Below, one piece after another: positions 8,973 to 18,763 of a DNA stretch of 41,539 nt; position 1 is the stretch's first letter, and each line of letters begins with the position of its first letter. Origin of the DNA: an uncultured Lewinella sp. (GTDB lineage Bacteria; Bacteroidota; Bacteroidia; Chitinophagales; Saprospiraceae); contig CALIGP010000132.1 of assembly GCA_938021455.1 (NCBI GenBank), positions 1 through 41,539 on the forward strand, written 5' to 3'. The notes below the pieces were generated by a model that ran no database searches, was not told where the DNA came from, and worked only from the letters and a program-made list of their open reading frames with translations. The position numbers and the translations under genes are program-made.

Positions 8973-9995
8973 ATGGTCGACATCTACGATAGAATAAGGG
9001 AGTTTTCGGGCGTGGCCCGCCTGTCTAAGCACGAGCAGATCGTGAAGGGCGTCCTGATGTCCATCGAAGACCAATTGGTGGAAAGAGGGCAGATGCTTCC
9101 CTCCATCAACCAGATGTCGAACGAGCTGGGCTTTGCCCGTAAGACGATTGATAAGGCCTACGGCGAACTGAAAGACCGAGGTTTGGTGGAAAGCCGGAAC
9201 CGGCGAGGGTTCTTTGTTAGTACTGAATCCGTTGATCAGACCGTTCGGGTGGCGCTTATCATGTATGAGTTCCGTCCTTTTCAAGAGGTTTTTTACAATG
9301 TATTTCGGCAAAGTGTCGGGGATAATGTCCAGGTGGACACTTTCTTTCACCACAATAACTTATCCGTCTTTGAGGACATTATTGCAAAGGTGGCTGGCCG
9401 CTACGGTCTTTATGTGGTGGCGCCGATTGTTGATCGGCGGGTACCGGAGATCCTTGGCCAACTCATTGATAACCGCTTGTTGTTGATTGACCGATTTGTT
9501 AATCTGGGGGAGGGAAGAGCACACGTCATTCAGGAGTTTGAAGACTCCACCTTTGCCATGCTCAGCAGTCTATTAGATCGGATAGTAAGCTATCAGCGAA
9601 TTGAGATTTTCTTCCGACAGGATGCGGAGGCAGCCTATCCGCAAGAGATTCTGTCTGCTTGCCGTCGGTTCTGTACCCTGAACAGAATCCAACTAAAAAT
9701 ACACGATCGGTATGCTTCCGGTACGCTGGAAAAAAACGTGTTGTATTTGACCATTGGTGATAATGATCTATGGTCTTTGCTGGAAGATTGTATTGATCGT
9801 GATTTTGTATTAGGAGAGGACATTGGCATCCTTTCTCACAACGAAAGTCGCATCAAAAAAATAGTACACGGCGGGGTGTCCACCTGGTCAACAAACTTTG
9901 GACAGATGGCCGAAGCTGCTGCCCGCTTCGTACTGGAACGAAAACCGGAGAGAATAATAATTCCCACGGTTTTCATCGACCGAAACTCGTTTTGA
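8973..9995 (+). CDS. GntR-family regulator with C-terminal sugar-binding domain (Bacteroides FucR-like architecture)
   Basis: LPSINQMS...ARKTIDKAYGELKDRGLVES...RGFFV winged HTH; about 250-aa periplasmic-binding-protein-like C-terminus. Confidence 0.88.
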   Translation: MVDIYDRIREFSGVARLSKHEQIVKGVLMSIEDQLVERGQMLPSINQMSNELGFARKTIDKAYGELKDRGLVESRNRRGFFVSTESVDQTVRVALIMYEFRPFQEVFYNVFRQSVGDNVQVDTFFHHNNLSVFEDIIAKVAGRYGLYVVAPIVDRRVPEILGQLIDNRLLLIDRFVNLGEGRAHVIQEFEDSTFAMLSSLLDRIVSYQRIEIFFRQDAEAAYPQEILSACRRFCTLNRIQLKIHDRYASGTLEKNVLYLTIGDNDLWSLLEDCIDRDFVLGEDIGILSHNESRIKKIVHGGVSTWSTNFGQMAEAAARFVLERKPERIIIPTVFIDRNSF

Positions 9996-10089
9996 GTTTC
10001 ACCAAAAATGAAAACAGCCCGCCTCTGATCTTTGGCGAGACGGAAGAGACGGGCCTGATTACAGAATGTGTAAACAATGTAAATGTACT

Positions 10090-13000
10090 ATGAGAAGGTT
10101 ACTATTCAAACTCCGGCATGACTGCCGGAACCCAACGGGGAAAGCCCCCGTTCCCGCATTCCGCGTACTATTTTCCCTCTTCTTTCTCCTCGGTCTTCCC
10201 CTGATGTTGGCCGCGCAAACGGTGACGGGTAACGTCTCTGATGCAGATGGAGAGCCATTGATTGGCGTTAACATCCTCGTGAAGGGTACCTCTTCTGGTA
10301 CCGTGACGGATTATGATGGCAACTACGAGTTAACGGTGCCTAACGCTGAGACAATTCTTATTTTCAGCTACACTGGTTACTCCTCGCAGGAAGTGACGGT
10401 CGGTAGCCAGCGCAGCATTGATATCGTATTGGCTGGTGATGCTGAACTACTGGAAGAGGTTGTGGTGATTGGTTACGGTGTTGTTCGTAAGAGCGACCTG
10501 ACCGGTTCTGTGGCTAAAATTGGTGGCGAGGAGCTAACGGCCATTGTCGCCGGTAATCCTACCTCTGCCCTCCAGGGTAAACTGTCTGGTGTACAGGTAG
10601 AGAACAATGGTGGTGAGCCCGGTGGCGCAACGAACGTCTTTGTACGTGGTGTGAGCTCCCTTACGAACTCTTACCCGCTATACGTTATCGACGGAACTTT
10701 TGCCGACAATATGAATTTCGTGAACCCGAAAGACATCCAGTCCATCGAAGTCCTCAAAGATGCTTCTGCTGCAGCTATTTATGGTAGTCGTGCGGCCAAC
10801 GGGGTTGTGTTGGTAACCACTAAGCGTGGTTCGGGTGATGGAACCCCGAAAATCAGCCTTGACATCCGTAACGGTATCGATGCACCGGCCCGGATGCTAG
10901 ATTTTCTGGATGGGGACCAATTCGCCCAATACCGTAACCAATTGGAGGAGAACGACAACACCGGCTTCAGCTTTAGTAATGAAGGTGTTAGTACAGACTG
11001 GCAAGACCTTAGTCTGAACAGCGGTGCCGTGCTTGATTACGGATTGTCCGTAAGCGGCGGTAATGAAAACTCCAAGTACTACATCAGCGGTAATTATTTC
11101 GATCAAGATGGTATTCTGGTTGGTTCTGACTTTAATCGGGTTAACCTCCGTGCCAACAGTGAATTCAAGCTCGGTAAGCTAAAGATTACGGAATCACTCG
11201 GCCTCGCTCAGAGCCAGACCCAAAGCAACAACTGGTTCGGCTTTGACGGTGCTACAGCACCACACCTTCGCCTGAGCGTTCCTGAGAATGAAGGTGGCTT
11301 TGAGGCCCCCAACTTCGATGATCACAACTTTGGTGGATACAACGATTACGCCCTGGCAACTCTGGAAGAAAATGAAACTACCCGTAGAACCATCCTCGGT
11401 AACCTGAATCTTTCTTACGAGCTAGCGGATGGCCTTACGGCCGGACTGAACCTGGGCCTCGACTACGTTAACGGCCGAAGCTTCTTGTTTAACCCAACGT
11501 TCTTCATGTCTAATTCGGACGCCACGGTAAACCGTAATGATGAAAACGACCTGAACGACCTTCGCTCAGAAGCCATACAAACGCAGATAGAGCCTACACT
11601 AAGCTATAACCGGGACATCGGCGTAAACAGCCGTATCGATGCCGTAATTGGTGCTACCGCTCAACGCCAGACCTTTAACAGTATCGGCATTCAGGGGCAG
11701 AATACACCTGGAAATGACATCCAGTCCGGTCAGGCACTTGACCCCGCCAATGTACTGGCGGTGTTAGGGGTAAATAATACCAGTGTCCTACAGTCTTTCT
11801 TTGGCCGGGTGAATTATAGCCTCAACCGGAAGTACCTGTTCTCGGCGACTCTACGCCGGGATGCTTCCAGCCGCTTTGCTGAATCTAACCGGGTAGGTTA
11901 CTTCCCCTCTTTCTCCGTGGGGTGGAACCTTAGTCAGGAAGATTTTTGGAACTCCAGAGGGACTATCAATCGCGTGAAACTACGGGCTGGTTACGGTGAA
12001 CTTGGCGCACAGAATATTCCGGATTACGCTTTCCAGCCTACGCTTGGGATTACTTCTCCTACCTCTTTCGGTGGGGCCATCGTTCCTGGTTTTGCCCAGA
12101 CACAGCTGGTGTCTCCTGACATCAAGTGGGAAACGTCCAAAACCTCAAACGTTGGTGTTGACGTAGGTATGTGGGATGACCGTCTTTCCTTTACGGCTGA
12201 ATACTACATCAAAGACGTATCGGATGTACTTGTTGGTGTTCGCCTCCCCGCTTCTTCCGGAACGGCTCTGCCCGTGTTCCAGAACGCTGCCGGGATCAAA
12301 AACACAGGCTTTGAACTGGACGGAACCTACCGCGCCATTAATAATGGTGACTTTAAGCTCAACGTTGGTTTTAACTTCACTACGTTCAATAGTGAAATTA
12401 CGGAACTACCCAACCCACTGACGGGACCCTCCATTTCTGAAGATGCAACGGTGGTTAATCGCTTTATCGAAGGAGAAGCTCCTGGTGTATACTTCGGTTT
12501 CATTACCGACGGTGTTTACGCTGACCAGGCAGCCATTGACAGCGACCCCAATATTCGAGAGGATGCTGCTCGCCGCTCACTCGTTTCTCCGGGTGATTTC
12601 ATTCGTCGCGACCTTAACGGAGACGGCGTTATCAACGGTGATGATCAGACGGTGCTTGGTGATCCAACGCCTGACTTCATCTACGGCTTAAACTTAACGG
12701 GCTCTAAGGGCGACCTGGATTTCAGCGTTGTCTTTCAGGGTAGCCAGGGTAACGAAATTTACAACGTCAACAAGTTCTACAATATCTTCTGGGCGGACGA
12801 TAACAAGCTTACCGATGTACTGAATGGCTGGACGCCGCAGAATACGAACACGGACATTCCCCGTGCTACCACGCTTGACCAGGCGGAGAATCGTGCTCCT
12901 TCCAGTTTCTTCGTAGAAGATGGTTCTTACCTGCGCCTCCGGACGCTTGAATTGGGCTATACGCTAGGCACTGATAATGTCGACTGGTTGGGTAGTCTTC

Positions 13001-13182
13001 GCCTCTTCGTTACGGCACAAAACCTGGTAACCCTAACGGGATACTCTGGTTACAACCCCGACATTTCCTCTGCCGCCGGTGGCCGGGCCGGAAACATTAA
13101 CCCACTGCTTGCACGTGGTCTTGACGTACGGGCTTATCCACTGAACCGCACCTTTATGTTTGGCGTACAGGCCGGCTTCTAG
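10090..13182 (+). CDS. susC: SusC/RagA TonB-dependent transporter
   Basis: EEVVVIGYG, LTGSV, PLYVIDG, DIQSIEVLKDASAAAIYGSRAANGVVLVTTKRG, EDGSYLRL, terminal F; start probably ATG 10090 (alternative 10066). Confidence 0.97.
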   Translation: MRRLLFKLRHDCRNPTGKAPVPAFRVLFSLFFLLGLPLMLAAQTVTGNVSDADGEPLIGVNILVKGTSSGTVTDYDGNYELTVPNAETILIFSYTGYSSQEVTVGSQRSIDIVLAGDAELLEEVVVIGYGVVRKSDLTGSVAKIGGEELTAIVAGNPTSALQGKLSGVQVENNGGEPGGATNVFVRGVSSLTNSYPLYVIDGTFADNMNFVNPKDIQSIEVLKDASAAAIYGSRAANGVVLVTTKRGSGDGTPKISLDIRNGIDAPARMLDFLDGDQFAQYRNQLEENDNTGFSFSNEGVSTDWQDLSLNSGAVLDYGLSVSGGNENSKYYISGNYFDQDGILVGSDFNRVNLRANSEFKLGKLKITESLGLAQSQTQSNNWFGFDGATAPHLRLSVPENEGGFEAPNFDDHNFGGYNDYALATLEENETTRRTILGNLNLSYELADGLTAGLNLGLDYVNGRSFLFNPTFFMSNSDATVNRNDENDLNDLRSEAIQTQIEPTLSYNRDIGVNSRIDAVIGATAQRQTFNSIGIQGQNTPGNDIQSGQALDPANVLAVLGVNNTSVLQSFFGRVNYSLNRKYLFSATLRRDASSRFAESNRVGYFPSFSVGWNLSQEDFWNSRGTINRVKLRAGYGELGAQNIPDYAFQPTLGITSPTSFGGAIVPGFAQTQLVSPDIKWETSKTSNVGVDVGMWDDRLSFTAEYYIKDVSDVLVGVRLPASSGTALPVFQNAAGIKNTGFELDGTYRAINNGDFKLNVGFNFTTFNSEITELPNPLTGPSISEDATVVNRFIEGEAPGVYFGFITDGVYADQAAIDSDPNIREDAARRSLVSPGDFIRRDLNGDGVINGDDQTVLGDPTPDFIYGLNLTGSKGDLDFSVVFQGSQGNEIYNVNKFYNIFWADDNKLTDVLNGWTPQNTNTDIPRATTLDQAENRAPSSFFVEDGSYLRLRTLELGYTLGTDNVDWLGSLRLFVTAQNLVTLTGYSGYNPDISSAAGGRAGNINPLLARGLDVRAYPLNRTFMFGVQAGF

Positions 13183-13196
13183 TTAACCCTTCCATC

Positions 13197-13248
13197 GCTT
13201 TCCGAAGAGTGCTCCCCGGTAGCTACTGGGGCGCTCTCTTCGAAAAGT
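13197..13248 (+). other. Intergenic stem-loop between susC and susD
   Basis: TTCCGAAGAG...CCCCGGTAG / CTACTGGGG...CTCTTCGAAA imperfect inverted repeat. Confidence 0.6.
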
Positions 13249-13273
13249 GCTTAACTATTCAATTTAAATAATC

Positions 13274-14842
13274 ATGAAACAGTATTTAAAACTGTCCTTC
13301 TTCAATGTCGCACTGCTATGCATGACATTGTTCTTAGCCACTTCTTGTGCGGAGGACTCCCTGAATCAGGTGAACACCAACCAGGTGTCTGCGCCTAACT
13401 TTTGGCAAAATGAAAACGACGCCCGACTGGCCGTCAATGGTATGTTTCACCCAATTGCCAATACATTCTTCTGGGGGCGAATCGTACACACCGGTGCGAT
13501 GTTGCGCTCCGATGTATTCAACATCCGTCCTTTTGGTGTAAATACCACAATGTCTACCTTTCAGGGTGGCCCGGGTACTTCTCGTTGGGCAACGGAGCCA
13601 TACCAGGAGCTTTACAAATCGATCTTCCGGGCCAATTCCATCCTTGAGAATGTCAATGAGGAAAACGTTAGTAGTTCCAGCGCCCGAAACGAAATACTTG
13701 GGCAGGCCTACTTCATGCGTGCCTTTGATTACTGGTATCTGTTGCACCTCTATGGCAACGTTCCGCTGGTGAACAAGACACCAGAAACGGATGAAGAATT
13801 ATTCCCATCACAGGCCGATCCTTCCGCTATTTACGCACAGATTGAGGCGGATCTAAACCAGGCCGCTTCCCTGCTGCCCGATAGCTGGTCCGATAACGAC
13901 AAAGGCCGGCCTACCTCCGGTTCTGCGATTGCTCTGCTGGGTAAGACCCAACTTTACCAGCAAAACTGGGGAGGAGCGGTTACTACCTTGAATCGTATTA
14001 CCGATGGCCGCTACAGTTTGCTACCCGCCGATCGCTACGAGGAGAACTTTGGCGTAACGAACGAATTTAACGAAGAGGAAGTCTTCTCACTACAGTACCT
14101 CGGAAACGCCAATTTCGCCTGGGGAACAGACGTAGCCGGCGTTGGTAACCTCGGTACCTACCACATCGATTACGCTCCACCAACTAAAAGCCCTGACCAA
14201 AGTCACTTTATCAACAGTTGGGTAAAGGATCTCTTCGAGGCTAACGGTGAAACGGTTCGTCGTAACGCTACTTTGGCCTACGATTACGATGGTTCTGTTG
14301 GTTACGGTAACCTTCCTTTCCTCGAAGATTTTGCCGGAGACATCACCGTAGCTAACAACGATGGTGTGGAAGCCATTTTTACAAAGAAGTATGCAGGCTT
14401 GGACCTCGGCACTCGCGATGAAGTGCAGTTTCTCGGCGCAAACGTAGGGAATAACTGGCGCATCATTCGCTACGCAGATGTACTGCTGATGCTGGCTGAA
14501 GCGCAAAATGAAAGTGGCTCTCAGTCGGCCGCCATTAGCTTGATTAATCAGGTGCGAGCGCGTGCTCAGGTAGACGAATTGAGCGGTGGTCTGGACCAGG
14601 CAGCCGTTCGCCAGGCGATCATCGATGAGCGCGTATTGGAGCTGACCGGCGAAAGCCATCGCTTCTTTGACCTCGTTCGCTGGGGCCTGGCCGATGATTA
14701 CCTCGGTGCCAACTCTCTCCACGGTAGTAACCCCAAAAGCCTGAGTGGTGGGGTCTTCCAGGCGAACAAGCATGAGCTGGTATGGCTTCCGCAAAGCGAG
14801 ATTGACGCTAATCCAAATATGACGCAGAATCCAGGTTACTAG
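13274..14842 (+). CDS. susD: SusD/RagB glycan-binding lipoprotein
   Basis: Lipobox ATSC; GQAYFMRAFDY, RYADVLLMLAEA, ERVLELTGESHRFFDLVRWG, QNPGY. Confidence 0.97.
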   Translation: MKQYLKLSFFNVALLCMTLFLATSCAEDSLNQVNTNQVSAPNFWQNENDARLAVNGMFHPIANTFFWGRIVHTGAMLRSDVFNIRPFGVNTTMSTFQGGPGTSRWATEPYQELYKSIFRANSILENVNEENVSSSSARNEILGQAYFMRAFDYWYLLHLYGNVPLVNKTPETDEELFPSQADPSAIYAQIEADLNQAASLLPDSWSDNDKGRPTSGSAIALLGKTQLYQQNWGGAVTTLNRITDGRYSLLPADRYEENFGVTNEFNEEEVFSLQYLGNANFAWGTDVAGVGNLGTYHIDYAPPTKSPDQSHFINSWVKDLFEANGETVRRNATLAYDYDGSVGYGNLPFLEDFAGDITVANNDGVEAIFTKKYAGLDLGTRDEVQFLGANVGNNWRIIRYADVLLMLAEAQNESGSQSAAISLINQVRARAQVDELSGGLDQAAVRQAIIDERVLELTGESHRFFDLVRWGLADDYLGANSLHGSNPKSLSGGVFQANKHELVWLPQSEIDANPNMTQNPGY

Positions 14843-14884
14843 TATAGTGTAACCTAACTCAACTTAGGTTACAATGTACTAGTA
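14837..14884. promoter_or_regulatory. 21-bp inverted repeat at the susD end; putative second GntR operator
   Basis: Arms match 19/21 with a 6-nt loop; CTAGTATAGTGTA matches CTAGCATAGTGTA at 8917-8929 (12/13). Confidence 0.5.
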
Positions 14885-14923
14885 CCTAAGCGTTTCCAAT
14901 AAAATTCATCTACCACTTGGTGC

Positions 14924-14962
14924 AAGGCGGGGCTTTCGGTTAATAAAGAAAAGTCCCGCCTT
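14924..14962 (+). terminator. Probable intrinsic terminator after susD
   Basis: AAGGCGGGGCTTTC...GAAAAGTCCCGCCTT followed by a T-rich tract. Confidence 0.6.
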
Positions 14963-15037
14963 CCTTTACGTTTCTTCCTTCGCCTGGTTTTCGGACGATG
15001 AGAGGGCAACGCTTTAGGTGAATATTTATCAAGAAGT

Positions 15038-15116
15038 GGCGCCGCAGCGCAGGTGCAAAGAATGGGTTGAAGAGCCAACACGGCCCTCTAGCTTTCCTTG
15101 CACCTGCGTCCGCGCC
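15038..15116. repeat. Inverted pair of the TGCACCTGCG motif, copies 2 and 3
   Basis: Minus copy 15038-15057 (TGCACCTGCG CTGCG GCGCC); plus copy 15099-15116 (TGCACCTGCG TCC GCGCC). Confidence 0.85.
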
Positions 15117-15245
15117 GCTATATTCCCTTTCATAAAGGACATCACCATCAGCAAGCCCCTTGCTGGTCCTTCTGGAAGAACCATTTTCTTTTGCCCTTTC
15201 TATATTCTTCGGCCAACACTATTTAAACCTGAAATTATCAAGACT

Positions 15246-17015
15246 ATGATATCGGGCAACAAAACTATTGCCACTATGCCGGTTGTCCCCCGCATCGTAG
15301 GAGATACAGGTCCTTTTTCCGCTTCTTTTCAACTAGTGGAAGAAAATGGAGAAACCTGGATTTTTGAGCTCCGGCTAACGGCCGCCTCAGCATCCGTCCC
15401 TCCGCCGATCAGTATTCTTTGGACCCAGCCCGCTACGAATGTAAAGGGCGTCTGGTCTTCCGGAGCGCTGTACGAAAAACGACTGCGGGCGGATTGGGAA
15501 GAAGCGGACGTGGAGAGTCGTATTTCCGTTAATGCACCCGCCATCAGTGTTTTTGGTCATCAGGATGAAAACCGCCTGACCTTTGCTTGGTCGGATGCCG
15601 TAAACACGGCCAATCTGGCCGCTCCGGTCAGGGAAGAAGACAACCTCCTTCACTGCCGGGTAGATCTTTTTCAGGAAGGCTGTGAACCGCTTACAGAGTT
15701 CGTTGGCCACCTGCGGATTGACCTCGGTCAAAAGACCTACTGTGAAGCGCTGCGGGAAGCTGGCTATTGGTGGGAAGAAAGCATGGATTCCGTGCAGTCC
15801 GTCCCCGATGCCGCCCTGGAGCCCATTTACAGCACCTGGTATAATTTCCATCAGGAGATTGATCCGGAAGAGTTGCTGGCCGAATGCCGCCTGGCCAGTG
15901 AGCTGGGCTACAAAACCATCATCGTTGATGATGGCTGGCAGACCATGGACAACCAGCGGGGCTATGATTATACCGGAGACTGGCTCCCCGAACGATTCAC
16001 CGAAATGGCCGCCTTTGTGGGCGGCGTTCACGCCTGCGGAATGAAGGCCATGATCTGGTACTCTGTTCCCTTCTGCGGACCTAAAAGCAAGGCCTACCAA
16101 AAATTTAAGGGCAAGTTCTTAACCGAAAATCACCGCTGGGCACCCGTCTTTGACCCCCGGTACCCTGAAGTAAGAGATTACCTGGTAGCGAAGTACGCCA
16201 GCGCCATCAAAGACTGGAAGCTGGATGGGCTGAAGCTTGATTTTATCGATGATTTCAGGATGTATCCCGAAACACCACTAGGGAAAGCCGACGGCCGCGA
16301 CTGCGCCAACGTAAACGAAGGTGTAGCCCGTTTGATTCAACAAATCACCACGGCGCTTCGGGCCGTTAAGACGGATCTCATCATTGAGTTTCGTCAAAAA
16401 TATATTGGCCCCGAACTTCGCCGTTTGGGGAACATCTTTCGGGCTTTTGACTGCCCGAACGACAGTGCTACGAATCGTCTGCGTACGACCGACGTCCGCC
16501 TGATCGGTGGTAGCTCCAAGGTGACCGCTGACATGGTGACCTGGCATCAGGAAGAGCCTACGGAGATCGCGGCCTTACAATTGAATAACGTACTGTTTTC
16601 CGTCCCCCAGCTTTCCGTTCGCTTACGGGAGCAATCCTCTGAAAAGCTGGCGATGATTCGTTTTTGGACGGCTTACTACAACGAAAACCGGGACCTGCTG
16701 ATGGGCGACGGGGCCTTCCGCGCGCACGCTCCGCTGGAGAACTACCCCCTGCTCAGCATCACCGAAGGGGGGAAAATGATTGTGGGCCTCCATGGCCACG
16801 CGATTGTTGAACTGCCCGAAGGGGTAGGGGAGCTAGACATCATCAACGGCAAGCTAACCGAGACCGTGATCTTGCGGCTGTCCGCCCATCGTACCGTTAG
16901 CCTGGAGACTTTTGACTGCCTCGGGCAGAAGAGCGAACAGACTACCTTGTCCTTACCCGCAGGCATCAACGTTTTGACGGTTCCACCTTCCGGCTTACTG
17001 CGGATTAGAAACTAA
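15246..17015 (+). CDS. GH36 alpha-galactosidase, no signal peptide
   Basis: YSTWY, IVDDGWQ, GDW, LKLDF nucleophile motif, R..DC; start placed at ATG 15246 because the upstream extension runs through repeats. Confidence 0.85.
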   Translation: MISGNKTIATMPVVPRIVGDTGPFSASFQLVEENGETWIFELRLTAASASVPPPISILWTQPATNVKGVWSSGALYEKRLRADWEEADVESRISVNAPAISVFGHQDENRLTFAWSDAVNTANLAAPVREEDNLLHCRVDLFQEGCEPLTEFVGHLRIDLGQKTYCEALREAGYWWEESMDSVQSVPDAALEPIYSTWYNFHQEIDPEELLAECRLASELGYKTIIVDDGWQTMDNQRGYDYTGDWLPERFTEMAAFVGGVHACGMKAMIWYSVPFCGPKSKAYQKFKGKFLTENHRWAPVFDPRYPEVRDYLVAKYASAIKDWKLDGLKLDFIDDFRMYPETPLGKADGRDCANVNEGVARLIQQITTALRAVKTDLIIEFRQKYIGPELRRLGNIFRAFDCPNDSATNRLRTTDVRLIGGSSKVTADMVTWHQEEPTEIAALQLNNVLFSVPQLSVRLREQSSEKLAMIRFWTAYYNENRDLLMGDGAFRAHAPLENYPLLSITEGGKMIVGLHGHAIVELPEGVGELDIINGKLTETVILRLSAHRTVSLETFDCLGQKSEQTTLSLPAGINVLTVPPSGLLRIRN

Positions 17016-17059
17016 GCCGATTCGGGCCGTATTTTTTACAGACTTAAACTCATATCAAC

Positions 17060-18718
17060 TTGGAGACGATCAACAACGGTATTGCTACACTTGACCTCAT
17101 CGTAATTGCGGTCTATTTCATCGTTGTTCTGGGCATTGGCCTCTGGATTGCGCGTAAAACCAGCACGGGAGAAGACCTTTTTCTGGGGGGGCGGACTTTC
17201 GGCTGGGGCATCATCGGCCTGTCGCTGTTCGCCTCCAACATTTCCTCAACTACCCTGATCGGGCTGTCGGGCGCAGCCTATTCAACGGGTATCGTTGACT
17301 CGGTTTACGAGTGGCTATCGGGCATTCCGCTCATCGTTGCGGCGGCAATTTTCGTTCCGCTGTATATCAAATCCCGGATTACGACCATCCCTGAGTTCCT
17401 GGAGCTGCGGTTTGACCGCCGCTCCCGACTGTTCTTTTCGGCCATTACCATATTTACCAGTATCGTGGTGGATACAGCGGGAGGGCTCTATGCAGGCTCT
17501 CTGGTGCTACAGTTATTCTTTCCCGATCTTATCCTGTGGCAAACCTGTTTTGTGCTGGCTTTGATTGCCGGACTTTATACGGCCTTCGGTGGCCTTAAGG
17601 CGGTGGTGTATACGGATGCCATTCAGGCCATCGTCCTGATCGTTGGTTGTTCGGTGCTTACCTATCTGATGTTTGAGCGGATGGACTTCGACTGGGGAGC
17701 CGTGATGGCTTCTGCGCCAGAGGGGCACTTCTCGGTGGTCCGCGATCTCGATCACCCTACGCTTCCCTGGACCGGGCTTCTGCTCGGAGTCCCCTTTCTG
17801 GGCTTCTGGTACTGGACGACGAACCAGTACATCGTGCAGCGAGTGCTGGGCGCTAAAGACGTCAAAAACGCCCGTGGCGGTGTCATGTTGGCGGGGTTCC
17901 TGAAAATTATCCCACTCTTCATCATGGTGATCCCCGGAGCGATGGCCATTAGCTTGCTGCCGGGTCTGGAGAATGCTGACCAGGTGTTGCCAACGGCTAT
18001 CCTGACCATCCTGCCAGCGGGGATGGTTGGCCTCGTGTTGGCCGGCCTGATTGCAGCGATTATGAGTAGTGTGGATTCTACGTTGAACTCCGCGTCGACG
18101 CTGGTGGTGAAAGACTTTATCGATTCGAGGGGCGGCGGTGCGGTTCTGCTGAGCGAAGCCGAAGGACAGGTGCAAACGCAGTTGGACGGCAGTGCAACGC
18201 TGGCCTCAGCCGGTGGCCGGCTGACGGAACGCCAGATCGTCAACTACGGCCGCATCACTACCGTCGTGCTCATGCTCGTAGCCGCCATCTGGGCCCCGAT
18301 GATCCAGAACTTCTCCGGCATTTGGGTATACCTTCAGCAGATGTTCTCCATTATCGTGCCACCCGTCGTGGTGGTCTTCCTGGTGGGCGTCTTCTACAAG
18401 CGGGGCAACGGCGACGGTGCTTTCTGGACGCTGCTGGCCGGAACGGGCTTAGGCATTGTCCTTTTTCTTCTGGGGCAATTTGAGCTCTGGCCCTTCCACT
18501 TCACCACTAACGTAGGTCTGATGGTCGGTATCTCTACCCTCATCTTCGTCTTCGTCAGCCGTGCTACCGAAGCACCGAAATACGATCAAATCGCAGACCT
18601 CGTCTATCGCCCTGGCCTCCTTGCTGCCGACGAAGGCGACACCGGCCTGGCCGATTGGCGGGTGCAGGCCGTACTACTAACCGCATTAATGGGAGGACTA
18701 CTGGTCTACTTCTGGTAA
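17060..18718 (+). CDS. Sodium:solute (sugar) symporter, SSS family
   Basis: LFASNISS...GLSG, TIPEFLELRF, GGLKAVVYTD, WYWTTNQYIVQR, AAIMSS.DS; TTG start. Confidence 0.95.
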   Translation: METINNGIATLDLIVIAVYFIVVLGIGLWIARKTSTGEDLFLGGRTFGWGIIGLSLFASNISSTTLIGLSGAAYSTGIVDSVYEWLSGIPLIVAAAIFVPLYIKSRITTIPEFLELRFDRRSRLFFSAITIFTSIVVDTAGGLYAGSLVLQLFFPDLILWQTCFVLALIAGLYTAFGGLKAVVYTDAIQAIVLIVGCSVLTYLMFERMDFDWGAVMASAPEGHFSVVRDLDHPTLPWTGLLLGVPFLGFWYWTTNQYIVQRVLGAKDVKNARGGVMLAGFLKIIPLFIMVIPGAMAISLLPGLENADQVLPTAILTILPAGMVGLVLAGLIAAIMSSVDSTLNSASTLVVKDFIDSRGGGAVLLSEAEGQVQTQLDGSATLASAGGRLTERQIVNYGRITTVVLMLVAAIWAPMIQNFSGIWVYLQQMFSIIVPPVVVVFLVGVFYKRGNGDGAFWTLLAGTGLGIVLFLLGQFELWPFHFTTNVGLMVGISTLIFVFVSRATEAPKYDQIADLVYRPGLLAADEGDTGLADWRVQAVLLTALMGGLLVYFW

Positions 18719-18763
18719 GAATTTCTGCTATAGGGAGGATCAACTATTCCTCCTGCTGCTCTT

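Noticed and set aside
14090-14794. Long antisense ORFs (also 15387-16100, 17513-18175, 34954-35679)
   Set aside because: Shadows of well-supported genes, expected from codon bias
15018-15245. 76-aa N-terminal extension of GH36 containing CTCVRA
   Set aside because: Runs through the motif pair, is not a signal peptide, and ATG 15246 has a better AT-rich leader
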